DNA of 64,000 nucleotides, taken from positions 69,836-133,835 of the forward strand of contig CAYNGY010000003.1 of the NCBI GenBank assembly GCA_964397195.1. Direction: 5' to 3'. A model generated the notes under the pieces. The model did not search any database, was not told where the DNA came from, and saw only the letters and a program-made list of their open reading frames with translations. How positions within the stretch are numbered: position 1 is the first letter of the stretch; each line of letters begins with the position of its first letter. A program made the position numbers and the translations under genes. This stretch comes from an uncultured Gammaproteobacteria bacterium. Lineage in GTDB: Bacteria; Patescibacteriota; Patescibacteriia; SBBC01; CAIJZX01. Below, in pieces: positions 57,062-64,000 of the stretch.

Positions 57062-57325
57062 ATGGCTGATATACCACAACGACCAACTCCAAATTCGAAC
57101 ATTACCGCTCGTCCGGACAAGGGATTTATCACGATGACCGCGACGGTCATTGAATCTCTCCCGGCGACGATGTTTCGGCTCCAACTGGAGAACGGTCATG
57201 AGGTCCTCGGACATCTATCCGGCAAAATGCGCCTTCATCGCATGAAGGTCTTGCCCGGAGATCGCGTCAGCGTCGAAATTTCGCCGTATGACCTGTCGAA
57301 AGGACGAATTGTTTACCGACTCTGA
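57062..57325 (+). CDS. infA: Translation initiation factor IF-1
   Basis: ESLP..MFR..LENG, SGKMR, LPGDRV.VE.SPYDL.KGRI; start uncertain. Confidence 0.95.
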   Translation: MADIPQRPTPNSNITARPDKGFITMTATVIESLPATMFRLQLENGHEVLGHLSGKMRLHRMKVLPGDRVSVEISPYDLSKGRIVYRL

Positions 57326-57330
57326 TTTCC

Positions 57331-57444
57331 ATGAAGGTACGATCATCCGTTAAACCCATCTGCGCTTCCTGTCGCGTTATCCGACGCGGGAAGAAGGTCA
57401 TGGTTATTTGTAAAAATCCTAAGCATAAGCAACGTCAAGGGTAA
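57331..57444 (+). CDS. rpmJ: 50S ribosomal protein L36
   Basis: [37 protein letters not shown]. Confidence 0.97.
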   Translation: MKVRSSVKPICASCRVIRRGKKVMVICKNPKHKQRQG

Positions 57445-57446
57445 TT

Positions 57447-57842
57447 ATGGCTACTGTCCGTATCGCCGGTCTCACTCTTCCAGCAAAAAAGCGCGTCGAA
57501 ATTGCGCTGACCTATCTCTATGGAATTGGGTTAACCCGCGCCAAAGAAGTCTTAGTGGCCACCAAGATTGATGCCAATACGCGGGTGGAGAAGCTGACGG
57601 AAAAGGAAGCTAACGCGATTCGTGAAGTTGTCGAGAAGCAATATAAGGTAGAAGGCGACCTCAAGCGCCAGATTTTGCTTAATATCAAGCGATTGAAAGA
57701 AATCGGCGCCTATCGCGGCGTCCGTCATTCCCGAAATTTACCGGTACGTGGTCAGCGGACGAAGACAAATTCTCGTACGGTCCGTGGCAATGTCCGCCGG
57801 ACGATGGGAAGCGGTCGAAAAGCTGCCGCTGAAAAGACCTAA
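57447..57842 (+). CDS. rpsM: 30S ribosomal protein S13
   Basis: [24 protein letters not shown]. Confidence 0.98.
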   Translation: MATVRIAGLTLPAKKRVEIALTYLYGIGLTRAKEVLVATKIDANTRVEKLTEKEANAIREVVEKQYKVEGDLKRQILLNIKRLKEIGAYRGVRHSRNLPVRGQRTKTNSRTVRGNVRRTMGSGRKAAAEKT

Positions 57843-57853
57843 TCAATCGATGT

Positions 57854-58315
57854 ATGCCTGACGAATTGCAGCCAACCACTACTCCAGAACCAGTCCCACC
57901 GAACGACGAAACGTCGGCGGTTACGGCTGATGCGGCCGGTGCGGGAAAAAAGAAGTCGAAAAAGAAGTTCGTGACGGTTGGTCAAGCGCATATTCAGGCC
58001 ACCTATAACAACACGATCGTTACGCTGACCGATCAGACAGGAAATGTCTTGGCTTGGTCTTCCGCCGGAAAATGCGGGTTTAAAGGGCCGAAAAAGGCTA
58101 CGCCATACGCCGCCGGGGTGATTGTCCGCGATGTGGTGGAGCGGGTGAAGTCGATTGGGTTGAAGCAAGTTGATGTCTTTGTTCGCGGGGTAGGCATGGG
58201 ACGCGAAGCAGCCGTCCGTGCATTAGCCGGGGCTGGATTGCAACTGATGATTATTAAAGATATTACTCCGACACCGCATAACGGGCCGCGGGCTCGTAAA
58301 CCGCGACGCGTATAA
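57854..58315 (+). CDS. rpsK: 30S ribosomal protein S11
   Basis: ATYNNTIV, KKATPYAA, DITP.PHNG. Confidence 0.98.
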   Translation: MPDELQPTTTPEPVPPNDETSAVTADAAGAGKKKSKKKFVTVGQAHIQATYNNTIVTLTDQTGNVLAWSSAGKCGFKGPKKATPYAAGVIVRDVVERVKSIGLKQVDVFVRGVGMGREAAVRALAGAGLQLMIIKDITPTPHNGPRARKPRRV

Positions 58316-58326
58316 TTCCCTGACGT

Positions 58327-58944
58327 ATGGCACGAAAGACCGGACCGAAAATTCGATACAGCCGACGCATTGGACAGCCACTGCTGTTTACGGCCAAAGA
58401 AGCGAAGATTTTGCAACGCCGGCCGTATCCGCCGGGACAGCATGGCCAAGAGAGCGGCCGCCGGATGTCTGGCTATGGTCTCCAATTGCGAGAAAAGCAG
58501 AAAGCGAAGCTCATCTATGGGCTCCTCGAACGACAATTCCGCAAACTCTTTGATGAAACACTGAGCATGACCGGGGATACCGGAGAATTACTGCTCCAAG
58601 TGCTCGAACGCCGACTTGATAACGTTGTGTACCGATTAGGGCTCGCCGGGTCGCGGGCGCAAGCACGTCAGCTTGTCTCGCACGGACACATTCATGTCAA
58701 CGGTCGTCTGGTCGACGTCCCGTCCTTCCGGGTCAGCATTGATGACGTCGTCACCATTCGTCCGCAGAGTTTTGAAAAGAAGTATTTCGAACCGATTAAA
58801 AAGAGCATCGTCAATCACCAGCCGCCGGCCTGGCTCCTCCTCGATCAAGGAGCGCTCTCCGGAAAAATCCTGGCCTTGCCGACTCGCGCCGATGTCGAGA
58901 TGCAAATCGATCCGCAGCTCATCGTCGAATTCTATTCACGCTAA
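58327..58944 (+). CDS. rpsD: 30S ribosomal protein S4
   Basis: [35 protein letters not shown]. Confidence 0.98.
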   Translation: MARKTGPKIRYSRRIGQPLLFTAKEAKILQRRPYPPGQHGQESGRRMSGYGLQLREKQKAKLIYGLLERQFRKLFDETLSMTGDTGELLLQVLERRLDNVVYRLGLAGSRAQARQLVSHGHIHVNGRLVDVPSFRVSIDDVVTIRPQSFEKKYFEPIKKSIVNHQPPAWLLLDQGALSGKILALPTRADVEMQIDPQLIVEFYSR

Positions 58945-58976
58945 TTCATCCATTTACACGCATTTGGTCAGAACAT

Positions 58977-59792
58977 ATGGAGAATATCTCATTACCAAAG
59001 TCGATTCGACTCGTTGAAGATCACGGCGCCCGCGCCATTTTCACGGTTGAACCGCTCTACCCAGGATACGGCATCACCGTTGGCAACGCGTTACGACGCG
59101 TGCTGCTATCTTCGTTACCGGGTGCCGCGATCACGAACGTCCGTTTTGAGGGCGTCTCGCACGAATTTTCGACCCTACCGTACGTTAAGGAAGATGTGGT
59201 CGATATCATTTTGAACTTGAAGAAAGTGCGCTTGCAGTTACATGGCGATGGTCCGGCGACCTTGCAGTTGAAGGTCAAAGGCGCAAAAACCGTGACGGCC
59301 GGTGATATCCAGTCGAATAGCGATGTCGAAGTAATCTCGAAGGATCAGGTGATTGCGACGCTGACTGACAAGGCGGCGACCTTTGAATTAGAGCTGACCG
59401 TTGAGGCTGGACGTGGCTACATTCCGGTCGAACAACGTGACCGACAGAAAAATGCCATTGGCACGATCGCGATTGACGCTATCTACACACCAATTCGGAC
59501 CGTCAACTTCAGCACTCAGAATGTTCGTGTCGGTCAGATGACGAACTATGACCGCCTGCGGCTCGATATTTCGACGGATGGAAGCGTCACGCCAGAGGCC
59601 GCGATGCGCCAAGCCGCGCAAATCTTGCTCGATCATTTCTCGTTCATGCAGGCCACTCCGATTGAAACGGCCGCTGAAGATGCTGTGGCTGAAGTTGTTG
59701 ATGTGGCGCCGTCCGAGGCTGTCGCCGAGGAAACGGTCGAAGAAGAAAAGCCGAAGAAGCGCAAGTCGAAAACTGAGCAGTCGGAGGAATAA
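58977..59792 (+). CDS. rpoA: RNA polymerase subunit alpha (NTD only, acidic/basic tail)
   Basis: EPL..GYG.TVGNALRRVLLSSL, HEFS, GRGY, DAIYTP, RVGQ.T.YD. Confidence 0.97.
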   Translation: MENISLPKSIRLVEDHGARAIFTVEPLYPGYGITVGNALRRVLLSSLPGAAITNVRFEGVSHEFSTLPYVKEDVVDIILNLKKVRLQLHGDGPATLQLKVKGAKTVTAGDIQSNSDVEVISKDQVIATLTDKAATFELELTVEAGRGYIPVEQRDRQKNAIGTIAIDAIYTPIRTVNFSTQNVRVGQMTNYDRLRLDISTDGSVTPEAAMRQAAQILLDHFSFMQATPIETAAEDAVAEVVDVAPSEAVAEETVEEEKPKKRKSKTEQSEE

Positions 59793-59797
59793 GTACC

Positions 59798-60151
59798 GTG
59801 CGTCACCGTAAGAACAAAGTCACACTCGACCGGACGGCTCGCCAACGCAAGCCATTATTGCGGAATTTGATGATTTCGCTGATTGAGCATGAACGGATGA
59901 CGACCACCGCAGCGCGGGCGGCGGCAATTCGTCCGATGATTGAAAAACTGATTACGACCAGTAAAGCAGGGAGTCTCCATGCACGACGGCAGGTCCTGAT
60001 GTCACTCGGTCAGGCGGCCCCAGCCCATAAACTCGTGACGGTTCTTGGCCCGCGGTTTAAATCGCGAACGGGTGGCTACACACGAACGACGAAGCTTACG
60101 CCGCGTTCGGGCGATGGTGCTCAGCGGGTATTGATTGAATTTGTTTCGTAA
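59798..60151 (+). CDS. rplQ: 50S ribosomal protein L17
   Basis: MRHR, EKLIT, R.GGYTR, R.GDGA. Confidence 0.96.
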   Translation: MRHRKNKVTLDRTARQRKPLLRNLMISLIEHERMTTTAARAAAIRPMIEKLITTSKAGSLHARRQVLMSLGQAAPAHKLVTVLGPRFKSRTGGYTRTTKLTPRSGDGAQRVLIEFVS

Positions 60152-60155
60152 GTGT

Positions 60156-60506
60156 ATGAAGACCATTGAATTCAGCGCCAAAGGTCAGGTCCTTGGACGG
60201 TTTGCAACAAAGATTGCAAATACGTTGCGCGGAAAAAATACCGCTAGTTTTCGGCCCGATCGGATGCCCGACGTTCAAGTCGTCGTTACCGATGCTGAGC
60301 AAATTGTGGTGACGGGCGACAAGGAAACCCAAAAGACCTACTACCGTTTTTCTGGGTATCCGGGTGGGTTAAAGCGAGAGTCGCTAGCCCATGTTCGCGC
60401 GCGAAAGCCAGAACGTATTCTCTACTTTGCAGTCAAACGGATGTTGCCGAAAAATCGACTGCAAGCTCGATTCCTCAAACGTCTTGATATTCGAACCAAC
60501 GCCTAG
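60156..60506 (+). CDS. rplM: 50S ribosomal protein L13
   Basis: LGR.AT.IA..LRGK, SGYPGGLK, AVKRMLPKNRL. Confidence 0.95.
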   Translation: MKTIEFSAKGQVLGRFATKIANTLRGKNTASFRPDRMPDVQVVVTDAEQIVVTGDKETQKTYYRFSGYPGGLKRESLAHVRARKPERILYFAVKRMLPKNRLQARFLKRLDIRTNA

Positions 60507-60516
60507 AATTTCTCCC

Positions 60517-61047
60517 ATGCCACGAACCCCAAAACCATCGACGACACATGCTACTGCGAAGCGGACGCCACGAGTGCCACGTGCACGGAAGTCAGCCGCC
60601 CATGTTGCGGAACCGATGGTACATGTGTCCCGCCCGAAAGTGCAGCGCACGGTGAAACGTACTTATATTTTTGCCGTTGGCCGTCGTAAAGAGGCGGTGG
60701 CTCGCGTTCGTTGGCATTTGGGACTACACGACGCAATGACCATTAATGGTCGGGCCATGGCCGATTATTTCCCGACGAAAGAGTTACAGATGCTCGTCCA
60801 AGATCCACTCGTGCTGACTGAGCAGGAGTCAAAAGGCTCGGTGACCGCCAAAGTTGCCGGCGGCGGCATTCAGGGTCAGGCCGAGTCGGTCCGATTGGGG
60901 ATTGCTCGCGCCTTGGTTAAAATGGACCCTGATTATCGGTTGGTGCTGAAGCGGGCCGGCTATCTTCGCCGTGACCCACGTGTTAAAGAACGTAAGAAAT
61001 ACGGACTGAAGCGTGCTCGCCGCGCGCCGCAATGGCAGAAGCGTTAA
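60517..61047 (+). CDS. rpsI: 30S ribosomal protein S9 (N-terminal basic extension)
   Basis: GRRKEAVARV, GGG..GQA, RDPRVKERKKYGL..ARRAPQW.KR. Confidence 0.97.
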   Translation: MPRTPKPSTTHATAKRTPRVPRARKSAAHVAEPMVHVSRPKVQRTVKRTYIFAVGRRKEAVARVRWHLGLHDAMTINGRAMADYFPTKELQMLVQDPLVLTEQESKGSVTAKVAGGGIQGQAESVRLGIARALVKMDPDYRLVLKRAGYLRRDPRVKERKKYGLKRARRAPQWQKR

Positions 61048-61055
61048 GCTAGCCC

Positions 61056-62531
61056 ATGGAGGCTGGCCGACAAGCGACAAGCGGTCGGGTCGCGAGAAAC
61101 ACGACCGTGCTGACTGTGGCGCTCGTTGGTCAGAAGTTTTTGTCGTTCCTGTATGTACTCATTTTGGTGCGGTTGATTGGTGTTTCCAGTGCTGGGGATT
61201 ACTATAGCTCACTTTCATTCATCGGGCTTTTTTCGGTCTTTATTGACCTCGGATTAACACAAGCATTCATTCGCCAAACGGCGCGTGATGAACAACAAGG
61301 GATCCGCGACCTGCGGATGATTGTGGCCATAAAACTGCTGACGGCGGTGGTGGTTGCGGCGGTGATGATCGGCATGGTTGTATTTTTACAACGGATCGGA
61401 CGATTTAGTACGGATATTCTGTACTTGAATATCGCGGCGGGAATCATGATTCTCGATTCATTCGTTATTACCTTCTATGGGTTCCTGCGAGGCATCGAGC
61501 ACCTCGAATACGAATCACTCGGGATCATCATCCACCGCGTGACGATAATGATTATTGGTATTACGTCATTATCGCTCGGGGCGCCGCATATTTGGTCGAT
61601 GGTGGCGCTCGGAACGGGGAGTGTCGCGAATTTATCATTTGTACTCTTCCAGTTATGGAAGCGTCGAGTGACCTGGCGGCCGCTGTGGCAGTGGTCAGAT
61701 ATACGCCGTCTCTTACGAATTGCCGCTCCGTTTGCGGTGGCCGCTTTTTTCATTGCTATCTATTCTTCCAGCGACAATATTCTCTTACAAATGTTCGGCG
61801 GCCGCCGTCCGGTCGGGTTATACGGAACGGCTTCGAAAATTATCGCGGCCTTTACCCAGATCTTCCCGTCCGCTCTGGTCGCCGCCGTTTTTCCGGCGAT
61901 GAGCGCTTCATTCGTATCAGATCGCGAAAAATTGCGTAGCATTTTTCAAAATGCCATGACGTACCTGATGGTGGTAGCCATTCCGCTCATGGTGGTTGTT
62001 TTTTTCCTGGCCCGGCCGATCATGCTAGCCGGGTGGGGGGAAGTTTGGGCTGACGCGATATGGCCACTTCGGGTTTTAGCCCTTGGCATGCCGTTTTTGT
62101 TCTTAAATTACCCGGTCGGGTATCTGTTAAACGCGACAAATCGCCAAACCCAAAATACGATTAATGTGGCGATTGTTGTTATCACTAACATTGGTGCCAA
62201 CCTCTTATTCGTTCGGTCCTATACGTTCCATTCGGTCGCGATCATCTCTGTTATTTCATCGGCCCTACTGTTCTTCCTAGGATTATGGCGAGTGCGGAGT
62301 GTTATTTCGATGCCGAGCAAGGAACTTGCCACTGTGCTCATGAAAACCTTGGTCACCGGCGCGTTCGTGGCCTGTATTGGCTGGGCACTGTTGCCGACCA
62401 TTCATCAGACTATCGGGGCGCTGGCTGTTGCGGCCGTGATGGGGACGGTGTACATTTTAGCCATGTTCGCATTTCGTCTCATTCGATGGGAACAGATCAG
62501 CGCCATCCTTCGCAAATTCCGGAGGGCGTAA
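61056..62531 (+). CDS. Polysaccharide/lipid-linked oligosaccharide flippase (Wzx/MOP family)
   Basis: VARNT, DLGL, VGLYGTA, FPAMS; about 14 TMs. Confidence 0.9.
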   Translation: MEAGRQATSGRVARNTTVLTVALVGQKFLSFLYVLILVRLIGVSSAGDYYSSLSFIGLFSVFIDLGLTQAFIRQTARDEQQGIRDLRMIVAIKLLTAVVVAAVMIGMVVFLQRIGRFSTDILYLNIAAGIMILDSFVITFYGFLRGIEHLEYESLGIIIHRVTIMIIGITSLSLGAPHIWSMVALGTGSVANLSFVLFQLWKRRVTWRPLWQWSDIRRLLRIAAPFAVAAFFIAIYSSSDNILLQMFGGRRPVGLYGTASKIIAAFTQIFPSALVAAVFPAMSASFVSDREKLRSIFQNAMTYLMVVAIPLMVVVFFLARPIMLAGWGEVWADAIWPLRVLALGMPFLFLNYPVGYLLNATNRQTQNTINVAIVVITNIGANLLFVRSYTFHSVAIISVISSALLFFLGLWRVRSVISMPSKELATVLMKTLVTGAFVACIGWALLPTIHQTIGALAVAAVMGTVYILAMFAFRLIRWEQISAILRKFRRA

Positions 62532-64000
62532 CCACGCTCCTCCTGACCGCTTTCGCCCTACCGGACGAAGGTGGGATTCAGCGTAGTGTCCATCAAGTTG
62601 CGACTGCACTCGGACGGCGTGTGTTAGTGGTGGCGCCGCCCCATGAGGGTGGGGCGATGTTCGATCGGTCAGTTGCCTATCAGGTGTATCGTCGTGATAT
62701 CCTTGGAGGGCGTCAGTGGCCGTCATGGGGGTGGTTGGTTCGTTGGATGTGGGAGGCGCGGCGATCGAGCGCGCGAGTGGTCCTGTTCGGTCATTGCTCC
62801 GGAGCGTGTTTTGCGGCCCCGGTCTTTCGGTTGTTTGGATTTCGGTATAGCATCTTGGTTCACGGTCGGGATTTATTGGCCGAGCGTCGTCGGCGCAGCG
62901 GTTGGTACTTTGATTGGGTTTTACGACACGCCGATTGGGTTGGTGTGAACAGTTCGTTCGTGGCAAAACTTGTGCACGAGGCCCGTGTTCCGTACGGACG
63001 TATTGTACGAACGCACCCGGCCGTACCGGATGATTTGTTACGCGTGCCTTTGGGCGGACGGACACACCGCATTGTTACCGTTTCACGTCTGGTATGGAGA
63101 AAAAATGTGGATACAGCGATCGAAGCCTTTGCCCAGCTCGTGGCGCAAGATACCGAACTCATGTTTGATATCGTTGGTGATGGTCCCGAACGACCCGCGC
63201 TTGAATCGTTGGCTCGGAAATTGAAGGTGTTCGATCGTATTGTTTGGCACGGACATGTGAGTGACGCGCGCCGGGATGAAATTTTACGTCAGGCGAGTGT
63301 CTTTGTGATGGCGCCCCGTGTGGGGGAGTCGGGGACCGACGTTGAGGGGCTGGGGCTCGTATATCTGGAAGCGGCCGCTTATGGTTTGCCGATTGTCGCT
63401 AGTCCTACCGGTGGGGTCACCGATATCGTGGTGTCCGGCGTGACTGGGGCCTGTGTACATCCCGAATCTGTGACGGAGATGGCGCTGGCAATTCGCGGAT
63501 TCTTGGCCGATGGATTGCCGATGGACGCGCAAAAACGTCGAATGTGGGTGGAGCGGGAATTCTCGTGGCGGACGCGAAATATGCGGCTGCAAGCCTACCT
63601 TGGTGATCTGACGGCGGACATCGGCGTCGTGATTCCGGCTTGGAATGCGGCCGATACGATTGGTGATACGTTGCGTGGGTTGTTTGCACAAACACTCCTA
63701 CCGGCGAATGTGGTGATCGTTGACGATGGATCGAGCGACGGATTAGACGCAGCAATTGCGCCCTGGCGTTCGCGAGTGACGCTCATCCATCAGGCACAAG
63801 CCGGCGCCGCTGCGGCGCGGAATCGCGGCGCGCAAGAGATGAGCAATGAGTTTATTATTTTTCTTGATGCGGATATTGATCTCGTTCCTACGGCGTTGGC
63901 GGATATGGCCCGGGTCTTAGTCACGCACCCAGAAGCCGCGTATGTGTACCCATCGTTTTCTTTTGGCCCGAAAGCCTTCCACCTCCATGACTTTGATGCC
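62486..64000 (+). CDS. GT4-GT2 glycosyltransferase fusion (partial, runs off the window end)
   Basis: Open frame from ATG 62486 to the end: GGIQR, SRL..RKN, EGLGLVYLEAA (GT4), then VVIPAWNAA, VDDGS, FLDAD (GT2); missing from the ORF track because it has no stop. Confidence 0.85.
   Translation, partial: MGTDQRHPSQIPEGVTTLLLTAFALPDEGGIQRSVHQVATALGRRVLVVAPPHEGGAMFDRSVAYQVYRRDILGGRQWPSWGWLVRWMWEARRSSARVVLFGHCSGACFAAPVFRLFGFRYSILVHGRDLLAERRRRSGWYFDWVLRHADWVGVNSSFVAKLVHEARVPYGRIVRTHPAVPDDLLRVPLGGRTHRIVTVSRLVWRKNVDTAIEAFAQLVAQDTELMFDIVGDGPERPALESLARKLKVFDRIVWHGHVSDARRDEILRQASVFVMAPRVGESGTDVEGLGLVYLEAAAYGLPIVASPTGGVTDIVVSGVTGACVHPESVTEMALAIRGFLADGLPMDAQKRRMWVEREFSWRTRNMRLQAYLGDLTADIGVVIPAWNAADTIGDTLRGLFAQTLLPANVVIVDDGSSDGLDAAIAPWRSRVTLIHQAQAGAAAARNRGAQEMSNEFIIFLDADIDLVPTALADMARVLVTHPEAAYVYPSFSFGPKAFHLHDFDA

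Noticed and set aside
1-64000. DGR, retron, toxin-antitoxin, RM or IS elements
   Set aside because: No reverse transcriptase, TR/VR pair, methyltransferase, transposase or recognisable TA motif seen by eye

Overview
Bacterial chromosome window that reads like Patescibacteria/CPR (inference from a compact HrcA, short L13, RpoA lacking the alpha-CTD, Asn/Thr-rich membrane-anchored proteins and little Shine-Dalgarno use in core genes). Core content: recR-ybaB, dnaB, a DnaQ-like exonuclease, scpA-scpB-tpiA-gap, a CIRCE-controlled hrcA-grpE-hsp20-(Zn protein)-dnaK operon, dut-msrB, ssb, infA-rpmJ-rpsM-rpsK-rpsD-rpoA-rplQ-rplM-rpsI, a flippase with a GT4-GT2 fusion, tRNA-Lys(TTT) and tRNA-Glu(CTC). 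Accessory content: a type I CBASS (CdnE-like CD-NTase plus Cap15-like effector) beside tRNA-Lys, a DUF1801/YdeI/DUF1428/VOC cluster, an mgtA-NRAMP-like operon and a surface-glycan locus. The best novelty candidates are: (1) a membrane-anchored decapeptide-repeat fibre tipped by a DUF2961/GH172-like glycosidase; (2) about 15 GC-rich orphan genes, each with its own promoter, strong SD and terminator and some sharing leader/trailer motifs, scattered among largely leaderless core genes; (3) a standalone NrdJ C-terminal Zn domain lacking both redox cysteines; (4) a small gene inserted behind dnaK with a duplicated dnaK 3' end; (5) structured leaders before infA and ssb. No CRISPR array, integrase, transposase, RT or rRNA was seen. 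All family calls come from motif recognition by eye, not database searches.
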